A DNA stretch of 64,000 nucleotides from Tubulanus polymorphus (lineage: Eukaryota; Animalia; Nemertea), in assembly GCF_964204645.1 (NCBI RefSeq), contig NC_134031.1, positions 1,736,001-1,800,000 of the forward strand, read 5' to 3'. Position numbers and translations under genes: made by a program. Each line of letters starts with the position of its first letter. Position 1 is the first letter of the stretch. Below are positions 25,669 through 36,981 of the stretch, one piece after another. Below the pieces are notes generated by a model. The model saw only the letters and a program-made list of their open reading frames with translations, searched no databases and had not been told where the DNA came from.

Positions 25669-27333
25669 ATGCACGAAGACAAAGAATCTAATCGTTTGGA
25701 ATCTGTGGTAGTTATTTTTGCTGGTTTTGCATCCGCTTTCATCATCGGCGGTAGTTATGTCGATGGTATTCTGGTAGCGGAATGGATGGGATATTTTCAC
25801 CGGGGAAGCAATGAAACAGCCTGGCTGGGTACAGTTATAGTAGGAATTAGTCTCTGCGGAGGTACGAACCTATTTCATCTATAAGTGCTAGCATTTTTAC
25901 CGTGAATATCTACAATCTATTCATCGATATTAAATGGATCGACCTTATTTAGAGGTTATCAGGTCATCAAGCCAAAAGTAGATTATCTAGACTATTGTAG
26001 AGTTAATGAAAATTTTAAATTTCAGCTCCCATTTGCAACTTGTCGGTCAAAAGATTTGGTTTCCGCAAAGTTTTCTTCTTTGCCTCCACGGTCAACGCAA
26101 CTGCAATTGCCATGACGGCATTTGCACGCGATTTCTACGTAGCTATAGCTCTTCGGGTACTCGCCGGTAAACACTCTGATAAATGATTATTTCTACACAA
26201 TCCACCAACCTACTAGGTTCAATCGAAAATCGTATTAAATTTGGAATTTTTCGATCATTATGAAAAAGGATTCTATTTCAGGATGTGGTTTTGCAGTTTT
26301 GATGAATTCTTTGCCTCCATATTTGTTATGCCGATTTCCGAATCACTCGGCGGTGGTTCAAGCTTTTCGCGGTGTTGGTGGATCGGGAGGAACCTTCGTT
26401 TTCCCGTTCATTATCAACTACTGTTTGAATGAGTACGGATGGCGAGGATGCTGTTTGATTATCGGTGGTATCGCATTTCAACAATGCGCTCTCGGACTGG
26501 CGTTTCGTTGCTGGTCCAATGATGAACTACCGCCTCCAGAATCGCGCACAAAACCAAATGAAAACGAAACACGCCGTCTTCATCAACTAGAACTTTTTAA
26601 ACGGAAAACATTTGTAGCATTTGTTTTACATTCTTTTATGTTAAACTTGTCAGTGTCTGCGATCTACGTGCACATCGTATCAGGATCTAAAATTCTACTC
26701 GAAATATCAACAGAACAAGCGAGATTTACGTTTTCCGCGATGGCTATAGCGCTGCTTGTCGGGCGATTTGTCTTCTCGATGATGACCAAACATCCGAAGA
26801 TTGACGCATTCACCCTCTATATAATTCTCAACGCGTTACTCGCAACTCAAGTCGGCGTTATGCCATTTCTGAAGGGCTATACAGCGGCTCTAGCGGCCAG
26901 TGCTTCTATCGGTGTCTTCTTGTCCGCATACGGTTGTCTATATGAACTGGTTCTTTTAAAGCTATTTGGAAGTGAATACTTGTTCATGTCGTTTTCTTAT
27001 AGTATGTTTTTTGGCGGGATCGGATATCTACTTGGTGCACCTGGTGCAGGTAAGGCTATACTCGTTACCCTTCGCAAATTTATTTACGTATCATGAATTG
27101 TAATTCATAAATTGTTTTCAATATGCTTTCATTTCTAGATATTTCGTATTTCAACAGGTTGGTTATACGACAAAACGGGAATGTACGCCTATTCGTTTTA
27201 CTACTGCGCTGGAATGCAGATTTTAAGTGTTGCGATACTGATTCCTGGATGGATGAAATATCATTGTTTTACTCGGCGGCGGAATGAACCTGACGATAAT
27301 CAGCAGACAGTGGATTCTACGAATTTATTATAA
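25669..27333 (+). CDS. Monocarboxylate transporter family (SLC16/MFS), 4 exons
   Basis: Exons ~25669-25861, 26026-26167, 26282-27049, 27158-27333; F..GSNETAWLGT, KRFGFRKV, GGSGGTFVFP, YGWRGCCLIIGG, GIGYLLGAPGAGWLYDKTGMY..SFY; the start may lie further upstream. Confidence 0.85.
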
Positions 27334-27957
27334 CGATTATTAGTTAATAACTTATGACTTTGATCACGATTTTCTTTTTGTAAAAAGTAATTATTAAATT
27401 AATAGCTGGTCTGTTAAGTTATGTATCCCCCTCCCAGAGCACCAGAATCGTGCAGAGTCCGCCGGGTATGTACTGTGTCACATCTCATTGCCGGTATCAT
27501 CATCCTTTCTGAACCTTCTCCATTGAAAATCATTCCTACTGTACAGGAAGTTATCGAAGCCGGAAAAAATGTATGGACAACGATAACTCATATTCTCTAT
27601 ACACATCCTTGCCAGCAAAGTTGCGCGGCTTTGCGATTTGTCGTTTGGCGCCGAAGTCGTAAACTAGAGGCAACCCGCAGTCGACTGACCCAGTCCTGAC
27701 AAACGAGGCTATAAGTTACCTCACATCGGATATGGTAAAACCACCGCGATGTAATTCGAATATTCTCGGAGCCACCCTTGTCGATTGTAGTAGCGGCGCC
27801 ACCTCGCGGAGAATCCTTGTAACTGTGCAAATATTGACAGCTGACAATCATGTGATTGGATTGTGACCAAATAAAAATAGACATTTTATTGCCAAATATT
27901 TCGGTTTTCTATAAATCAACAATATACATCGATATCATAAAGAGACGAACCAGCAGG

Positions 27958-30900
27958 ATGAATGCATCGTGGGGGGTAATATTACTCCTGACAGTTGTAG
28001 CTACGGCTTCGGTAAGCATTATTCTATGCAAAATTCAACAACGTCAACTAAAAAATAAACATCTTTTTTCTTTCGTTTTCACATTTGTTTTGATATTTCA
28101 GGTAAACTCACTCGGCAGCAGTGACGTCACTGGTGATGATGATTTTTTTGACACGAATGACATAAAGAAAGTTCATGTTGTTTTTATGAATCATCTCGGT
28201 AAATATTACTTAGAAAACCAGTGACAGTCCAACGTCCAGACTATTTACCACCAGAAACCACCCTTCATGCTATTACCAGTAAAAAACCACCCTACTATAG
28301 TCTGTGCCAAACCATCTTTCCTTAGTGTGAATACCAGACGTTGATACAGTTCCCTACGACAGACTAATATTAGAATCTTTCCTCAGCCTGTGGAACTACA
28401 ACAGGTCCTTCAGACAACCTGGAGCCACCCTTCACACCACCTGCTGTCATCTCAGATAATCTTCAATTTAGAAAAAGATCCGAGGTCTGAAGATCATTTT
28501 GACAAGAATTGCTGCTTTCATTTGCCATTTCTGCTGTTATATGTTAAATTGTGTTTATTTCTATTTCAGATGTTGGTTATTCAGTTCCCGGTGGAATCGG
28601 TTTCGCAGCTCAAGTCGTTAATGAATATTTCACTAATTATTTCAAGTTAGCGATGAAATTATCCGAACAGCTTAGAACTGAAGGTTTCGTCGAGCATTTC
28701 ATCTATACGACTCACCCGTGGTTGGTTAGCTTCTATTTGAATTGCCCACCGGGTTTGATCTGGGCCGGTGTTTTAATAAAGGTAATGTCAGCTCATGGCT
28801 TCTATTTAATGATTATATAACTGAAATAAACAAATTCAACTGGCGCGGCTCCAGTTGGTTCTGAGCGCCTCGGCCTCGGACTGTCTGCATCTTGTACCCC
28901 CTTACTGGGTGGCCATTTACCTTGAGATCAGGGAATTATCTTTTCTTTAAGTAATTCAGGAAATAGTCAAGGAATTTTGTTTAGAAAAAATACCAGGAAA
29001 TGTCAGTGAAACTTGTTGAGAAAGTTACCGTCTATGACCTAGAGATCAAGTCAATGAAAACATGCATGACAGGGAATAGTCGGGGGAAAAGCATACATTA
29101 AAGTGGCCTGCACCCTGTCCTCAATAGCTGTCTACAGCTTCGATTGGATATACCTCGTCTAAAACTCTTCATATAGATAGATAGATATTTATTTTTCGTA
29201 AACCGTACATACAATATAATTGATAATCGATACTATTATTATTTTTTTTTCTCATAAATGCATGATGTAGGTTCCGAGGGATACAGTGCGAGCCGAAAGG
29301 CTGTACTTAGAAAATTAAGGCACTGAAACCCTGTGCATAGTGCATTATTGGTGCAATTGTGAACAAAAGAGATATAGTAATAATAATAATGATAATAATA
29401 TTAGTAATGATAATAGTTATGATAACATTAATAATAAGAATAACTACATGAATAATAATAATCATAAAAATCATAGTACAAATTATAGTGACAGTATTCA
29501 GGACAGTGATAACAGTAATAATGTATTTCGTATTGTGTTTACAGTGTCCGAACGCGACTGAGATCTCGACGTTCAAGGCAGCTGTTAAACGAGGTGATAT
29601 CACGTGGCATGCCGGTCCGATGAATATGCAGTTTGAAAATGCTAACGAGTTATTCGTGCAGTTCGGGTTGAATATGAGTAAACAGCTCGACGAGGAATTC
29701 GGAATAAAACGTCAAATACGAGTTGTCAGTCAACGCGACGTTCCAGGTTCGTTACTCAATATACAACTATATACAACTACTTATTACAACGTTAGACATT
29801 ATGATCACAACTTTTCGCTTTTCGATTTTTGCTTTGGTTTTATATTCTTTCACTGATTAGGCTAAAATAGAATGATACCTTGTTTCTCCTAATCGGCCGG
29901 GTCATTTTGTAAGCTACAATGAAATAGGAAATCAGTTCATTTCTTAAGCAGCCGGGTCTTTTATGTTTAGCGTAATAGTGATTTTAAAATGTTCAGGGGT
30001 TAGATAGGCGGCCAGGTCAACATTTAAAGAAACAAGGTATCAATTCATGCCTTAGTTTGCTCAACAGTAGTGTTTACTGTAGAGCAGGGGCCAGTTGCAC
30101 AGTCGTGACTTAAGTCCAAACGTGATCTTAAATCTTAAGACTGGTCTTAAGTCGTTAGATTGGCTATAGAACTAAGTTGGTTTCAGATTGGTCTTAAGTC
30201 ATGACTATGCAACCGGCCCCAGAGTCCTTGTGTTTAGTGTAGAGTAGCTTTAGAACTTCAGATATTGTGCTTTAGCTTAATGTGGTATAATTGTATTAGG
30301 TTTGACTGGAACTACCGTGCCGATATTCGCGAGGAATGGAATCGAAGCTCTGTCAGTCGGAATGAATCCGACCTGTCCACCTGTACAATTTGCCGGCACA
30401 TCCCCGTTTCTGTGGAAATACGACGGACATGAGGTCATGGCTGTCATACACAAAGGTGATGTTATTAATAATCTTTCTATTCAGGTTTGACGGTCGGTAT
30501 GGTACCGAATCTGGTTGAAAATGGCGTGCAGGCGATCTCGGTGGGTATGAATCCGGGCTGCCCGCCGACCGTATTCGCTGGAACATCTCCGTTTATTTGG
30601 AAATACGGAGACCAAGAAATAATCGCGGCTATTCACAAAGGTGACAGTATCATACTGCATACTCATACCTCACTACTCGAATCCTTCAATAAGGACCTGA
30701 ATTATCAACATTTGAAGATTTTTACCAAAATCTTTATATTTTGGATAAGTCCTATGTAGTACAAAGTGATTCCTTATTAGCAGGGGATCCACAGATTCAA
30801 GACAATAAAACTGTTGACATCTTTCTCAAGTTTTGACATTTTCTCCTCGAAAAATCCAATAGAACCCTGAATAGAATGAGGAATTATTGTTGGAGCAATC

Positions 30901-33900
30901 AAGGATTCAGACAGGAGCATGTGTTGCAGTTTTAGTAGAACTGACTGTTATGTATTTCAGGTGGATATCCTCAACCCGCTGGTAAATACCCATCACAACC
31001 TGGTGGAATCAGTGTGAAAGATTGTCATTATCTGAAAGGATTTTCTGAAGCTTTGTGTTTCGCATTCAGAGTTGATAACACCGGACCTCCCGTAAACGTT
31101 GCTGTAAGTGAACGTGTGATCAGTTCTAAATCCTGAACATTTTATTATCTTATTTCAGCCACTTTGGATCCGTTTTGAAAATTTGTTTTATGATAATGAT
31201 GAATAATGATAATATCGTAATTATTTATTGATTATACATTATATATTGATTATACATTATACACGTATATTGATAATATATTATATCTGAAGAACGCTTT
31301 ACATACAGAACAATCTCACAACAATTTAATCCAGATAAGATTGACACACTCAGTAGATATGAAATTGTGTTTAGTAAATCCCATGCTAATAAGAAATCTG
31401 CACTTTTGTATGCTTTATATGTTATGACATGAATATTCGAAATACATTACGTGTATTGGTGTTCCCCATGATGAAATCGTGGCTGCTGAAGTAGAGAGGC
31501 TGTCGATCCCCCCAAAAAATATAGAAAATTTAAGCTTGATTTACTGTAGGGGCCTGATCTTCTATTTTTGACAGTAGCTCAATATATTTCAAATCAAAGC
31601 AATCATCAGCTTTGATAGAATACTAAAATCCACTCTGCTAAAGGCAGCGGATATTGTATAAGGGGTGGCTGATTCTCAAAGGGGTGGATGTAAAAATGAA
31701 AAGGTGGCCGCCCCTTTAAAACCTGTTGTGGAGAACACAGTGTATAAGAATATATGAGGTGAACAATAGATGGCAGTACTGTTAATTCTATGTAATGAAT
31801 ATGAGAAATATAATATTGTAGGATGTTTTACATTACTACGAGATTCTCCGAGCTGAATTCCGTCAAGCGAAACTCGTCGCGTCGACGTTCGATAATTTCT
31901 TCGAGGCGTTGCTTCCGTTTAAATCGAAACTGCCGGTAGCGACGCAGGAGATCGGCGACACGTGGATTCAGGGCATCGCGAGCGATCCGAAAAAACTCGC
32001 CGAATACCGAGCTGTGATGAGAGTGTTGGATAATTGTATTAACACAGGTAGATATATATATATCACCATTCCAGTTCCCCTCAACTGAACCTGGGGCTAA
32101 GATAGCCGGTTCAAATTCGAGGTTACTTTCTTCCCAATTAAGGATGGAGAAAGTAGAGAGGAATCTTCAAGCACAACACTGCCGCCGCCTGGATTCGAAT
32201 CCATGAACACTGGATTGATGAGAAACCAGTACATGAAAGCCTAATGGCTTGAACCACTCAGCCACTGTACCTTACTGAGAGTAGATCCTCAACTTTGATA
32301 ACCAATTCCTGGCCAGTTTTACCCACACCTTGTTTTTTAAGTCAAAACTCTTGAATTTATTCTAGAAATCGCTGTTCATCATCAATGATTCAATAGTAAA
32401 GATACCTATTAGATTCATTAATAATTCTGTTTCACTCCCCTTGTTCTGTTAGCGCTCTTCGCATACAAAACATGCTCACATCAAGGTCAAACAAACAACA
32501 GCTCACGTGTGTTCAGATGAAAGTCAGTTTGATGTAATATTTATTGCAGGAATGTGTTTGAGTAGCGATCCGATAATTCGAAACGCAGTACGGTTTCTGA
32601 TTAAACCCGGTGAGCACACGTACGGTTTATCGAGCGTCGCTGACTACAAGAATTACCAGAATGCAGCGTTTGAGAAAGTTCGCACGGGTACGTTCTGAGT
32701 CTCTGTTTATCACTGCAGTTCTCTCTAGCAGATGGTTTTAGTGCCAAAAAAAAACTCCCAATAGACTCCTCATCTTGATCCGAAGCCGGACTATAAAATT
32801 TTATCCCTTCGATGGACGTATTGAGATCTATCTTCTGGAACCAAGTTTGTTACTTTTAGAAGATATTTCTCTGGTGAGAGACAATGGTACATTGACAAAT
32901 GAAACAAGTCAATGAGTTCACTCTCTCCAGATATAGAACTTTTTACAATAGATTTTAATTGTTTAGTGCAATGAATACGCCTAGTAGTTGATAAATGATA
33001 ATTATGAGCCCGAGACTAATATAGTGCTAAATCCAGCCAGGCAACTCTATGACACAAGTTGTTTCCTATTGATAAATGATATAACAGAAAGGGTGATGAT
33101 AATAAAAAGGCATTTTTTCATTCTAGTCTCTTTGATGTTTTGGAATTTATATATTTTCATTGTTTTGATTAGGTGTGAACTATCAGCACTGTCAGACCGC
33201 GTGGTACGAACAGAGAGAAATGCTGTATACAGGAATTAAACTACTTCAAGGTCATCCAGTTTACCCCTCAGTAGTAGATGAACTCAGACGCTTGGACGCT
33301 AGCCTGCCGGATCTTACCGGTAATTTAAATATTGAAATATTTCAGATATTGTTCTAAATTTGATGTGATAGTTGTAGTATAAATAGAATAATGGACTGCA
33401 CTGCACTCGGTAGCGTTTGAACTGATGTAAATATTGAGTTGAAAATCAAGAAGTTTGAAGGTTTTTCCAAATAAATCTTAGTAAAACTTGAGCAATAAGT
33501 TAACCGAGTTGACCAGTACTGGTTAAGGAGTCTATTTTTGTTACGCATAATGTTAAATTGTTTGATTATTTACAGATTATCGAAGGGTCTCGGATATTTC
33601 TACATTCAAATGTCCGAGTGGATTAATCCTGGGATTCAACGCACGTGATGGTTCTATTAATAGAATGCTCGACCCGATCAACAAAGTAAGCAATTTCGTA
33701 ACAAATGGCAGAATTTTCTGAATTCAAATTAATCTTTGCCTTAATCAGTGCCGGTTCACTTGGGTTTGGCTCTAAATCAGTGCATTAACGTTTTTGTTTT
33801 TTGATTAGGTAAATTGGGCGTCAGATGAACACAAATTGATGAAGTTTGTTTATAAAACGTACAACGAGACCGATTTTGTTTATATGAGGGCGCATTACGA

Positions 33901-35664
33901 TCTGGGCACGTGGGATCCTGGGTACGGTAAACCGAATTCAACATTGAACGCTCATCCTGAAAGTCGTCTGTGGTACAGTCATGTTACAGATGCCTACATC
34001 AATATCTGTAAGTGCCGCAGATTCACCGATGCTTTCGATATACCGGTACGTTGTATCCTCAAAATTGATAAAATTTCGTGTATTATTTCAGATGAACCGT
34101 GTAATGTGATAATCAGATCAGAGATGGATTTGGAATGGACGTACAGTTATTACGGAGCTCCTAAAGCTATTTGGACGCGTTATAATGCTTTGAAAACTGG
34201 AGGTGAGTATTGTCTGATTGATGGAACTCATTCATCGAGATCCAATTCCGCAGTTCTGAACCTAATTCCGCAGTCTTGGACCTAGTTTCACAGTTTTGAG
34301 CCCAGTTCCATAGTTCTGAGCCTAGTTGCACAGACTTGGATTTAGTTCCGCAGTTCTGAGCCCAGTTCACAGTTCTGAACCAAGTTCCACAGTACTGGAT
34401 CTAGTTCCACTCATCTGGATTCAGTTCCACAGTTTCTGAAACCGGTCTCACAATACTATATTCAGTTTGATCCATTGCTCTTGAGAATTTAATTCAAGTA
34501 TTTAAACTCGAATCAATGGAACTGAATCCTGAGAGATTAAAATCTGATAATTACAACCGAAATGTTATTAAAGTTGTTATTCATATCGTAGAGTTGGAAG
34601 TGGAATACATATTTGAGGATAAAACCCCGACTCGTTTAGCTGAGAGTTTATTCGTCGAAGTAAATCCGGCTCCGCAGACAAATCATCGCTGGTCAATTAC
34701 CAAACTAGGATCGATCATTGACCCAATGAACGTCATGTTAAACGGAAGTCAATTACAACACGGTAAATAATTTAGATGAAAGAGAATTTTATTGATTTAG
34801 TTCATGGTTGACAATAATTGGGGGGTCAAATGAGAGAGGTGCAGTAGCTGACTGTAACTGGGGGTCTAGTTAGAGAGGTGCAGTGGCTGAGTGTAACTGG
34901 GGGTCTAGTGATGCATGGCTTCAAATCCTACTGTAGTTTCTCGATGGAAGGTCTTCTTCTGGTCCGTCTCAACTTAATCAGAAAAAGAAATCTCGCACCT
35001 GCTAATAATGCCCTGTGTGGTGGGTGCTCTGCGGGTTGATTTGAAAAAATCCTCAAACATGCTACAACGAAACCTTGTTACAAGAAACTTCTGCGGTCGA
35101 CAAAATACATTCGTTGTAACTGATAGTTCGGAATTGTGCTATTAGGGACGAAATTTGAATTTTGTGATAATGGATGAATTGTGATTTCTGAGGTGGTTGT
35201 AACGAGGTTCCGCTGTAATGATAGCCTCCTCGGTCGAGGGATGTAAAAAATAAAAGTGTAAAATTGCTGTATTTTCAGCCACTGATCGCGGAGTCGCCTA
35301 CACCGACACAAAGCAGACCGGAATTTATATAGAAACGTTAGATTTATCTATAGTTTCACCGATTACTACTCAACAGAACGCGACGTCGATTCCGGCACCA
35401 CTCTGGCCGATTAAAGATCTCACCGGAATGGCGTTCAATTTCTACAATAACGTGTGGAATACAAACTATATATTCTGGTATCCGTATCGTTATCAGGACG
35501 CCAGTTTCAAGGCGAGATTTCTCGTGTCATTCCGTCAGCCGAAATCCTGGCCGAAACGACGACGACAATCCAAACCGCAATCACGTAAAAATCATTCCGA
35601 TAATAACGATTCCGTCCTGCGTTGGGTTTCGTTGAAGAAAGCGAAGTCTGTCGTCGGCGCGTAA
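27958..35664 (+). CDS. Secreted GH38-like glycoside hydrolase (DUF5054-type), ~14 exons per transcript with one duplicated exon pair
   Basis: Signal peptide; KKVHVVFMNHLDVGY (HxD), YTTHPWL, GDITWHAGP, SQRDVPG, AFRVDNTGPP, QEIGDTWIQGIASDPKK, EHTYG, KTPTRLAES, FNFYNNVWNTNYIFWYP; exons ~27958-28011, 28102-28198, 28570-28781, 29545-29746, 30300-30455 or 30485-30640, 30961-31103, 31822-32047, 32550-32687, 33173-33319, 33576-33685, 33809-34008, 34072-34202, 34592-34762, 35279-35664. Family assignment is from recalled motifs, not a search. Confidence 0.85.
29376..29520. repeat. Degenerate (AAT)n microsatellite in an intron
   Basis: taataataatgataataata... tract. Confidence 0.85.
29860..30051. mobile_element. 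Harbinger/Tourist-like MITE, copy 2 of 4 (degenerate)
   Basis: ggctaaaatagaatgataccttgtttctcc...agaaacaaggtatcaattcatgcc; TTA flanks. Confidence 0.8.
30300..30455 (+). CDS. Hydrolase alternative exon A (156 nt)
   Basis: ttag|GT TTG ACT..CAC AAA G|gtgat; GLTGTTVPIFARNGIEALSVGMNPTCPPVQFAGTSPFLWKYDGHEVMAVIHK. Confidence 0.85.
30485..30640 (+). CDS. Hydrolase alternative exon B (156 nt)
   Basis: tcag|GT TTG ACG..CAC AAA G|gtgac; GLTVGMVPNLVENGVQAISVGMNPGCPPTVFAGTSPFIWKYGDQEIIAAIHK. Confidence 0.85.
32068..32271 (-). mobile_element. tRNA-derived SINE in an intron
   Basis: Minus strand ggtacagTGGCTGAGTGGttcaagc (A box)...GGATTCGAATCC (B box) followed by a non-tRNA body. Confidence 0.7.
34241..34440. 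repeat. ~20-21 bp minisatellite (ctgagcccagttccacagtt), about 10 copies
   Basis: Direct tandem units matching the terminal sequence of the small palindromic MITE family. Confidence 0.85.
34818..35075 (+). mobile_element. Degenerate tRNA-SINE-like element with a tandemly duplicated 41-bp head
   Basis: agagaggtgcagt(a/g)gctga(c/g)tgtaactgggggtctagt x2; A-box-like tggctgagtg and B-box-like ggcttcaaatcc. Confidence 0.45.
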
Positions 35665-36981
35665 AACCGTGAGCGAGTTGGATCACGGCACATCCAAATT
35701 TCTCATCCAAGTTTTACGGTAAATTTTCTTTCTCGATCAAATTGAATTGTATAGAATGTTGTCACTTCGTCTTTTTAAGAGAAATTAATTGAATTTGCGG
35801 CAGGAAATATTCAAGAATATTTTGAATTGTTAATATTATTTTGGTTCTGAACCGATACAAGTGACATATAATGTAATGTTAAGGAGATGTTATACGTATA
35901 ATGTACACAAGTAGTGATTATAAATTATTTATGTAATTGCTGTGTTTCATAGATAAAGTAGATCTCATTTCATCCAGATTAATTTGATCCCGATTTCATT
36001 ATTATTTACACTCCATCTTTACATATGATGAATACGATGTTTTATCTGGATTTTTTTGGGTCCCAAATCATCTGAAATAAGTGAGTTCTACGGTTTGAAT
36101 GTATTAATATTGATATTCACGACTCAGCACCGCAGTTTGATTCGCATCTTTTATATATTTTTTGTAATAATTCTTGAATAAGTTATAAATGTCAACTTAT
36201 CAATAGTAAAAGTGAAATATTCTTGTTCTAACTTGTAAGTTTGCATAATAAATCGATGTATACTCAGTTTGATGTTCATTTGTTTCTTTTCAAGGATATT
36301 TTCGCGACATTGATCAGCTAGCTGCATGGATATTCCTTAAAACTCTGTGATATGTGTTTCATTCCCAAGAAGGAACTAAAGGATGGTCTCCGCTCTTATT
36401 GCCTGCGACATGTGACATGTCTCAATTCAAGTTATTCACAAATTTTATCTTGTAATGAATGGCATGTCTCCAATGGCAAGCAAACAAACTATGGTATCAT
36501 GTGCAAGATTCCATTTTAGTGTTTCAAACAATTTTTGAATTGAGTTTCAGATTGGAGTAAAAGGATTCGACGTTGGTTAGAGGCCGGGTGTATAAACTTC
36601 ATCAAAGTGGACTTGTATACCATTCAAATTTGAGAAATTAAGACACATTTATTTATTAGATGTTTTGAGTGAATTTGTGCGTCTTATGATAATTTTCACT
36701 TGAAGACAAAATTCATCCATGACATTGATTTACGGGCCCAAAACGTAGATCACATCCCGGGTCTGCTTCGCGTAGAAACCTTCGGAAATGAGAAGAAATC
36801 CAAAACAAACTGAAGAATGGTTGATGTAGTGTTTTAAATATAGAAAATTTTAATGTCCCACAAACCGTACACAATAACCAGTATTTTCACCCCTGATATT
36901 TAACAAAAAAAGAATCGAGATATTATTCTGAATACATTCTTCTTCTCGCGAGCCGCAACTGATAATGTGATCATTCACAAT

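Noticed and set aside
29307-29603. Poly-Ile and poly-Asn ORFs
   Set aside because: Arise from the intronic AAT repeat
32190-32271. tRNA gene
   Set aside because: A and B boxes are present but there is no clean cloverleaf or acceptor stem and it runs into a SINE-like body
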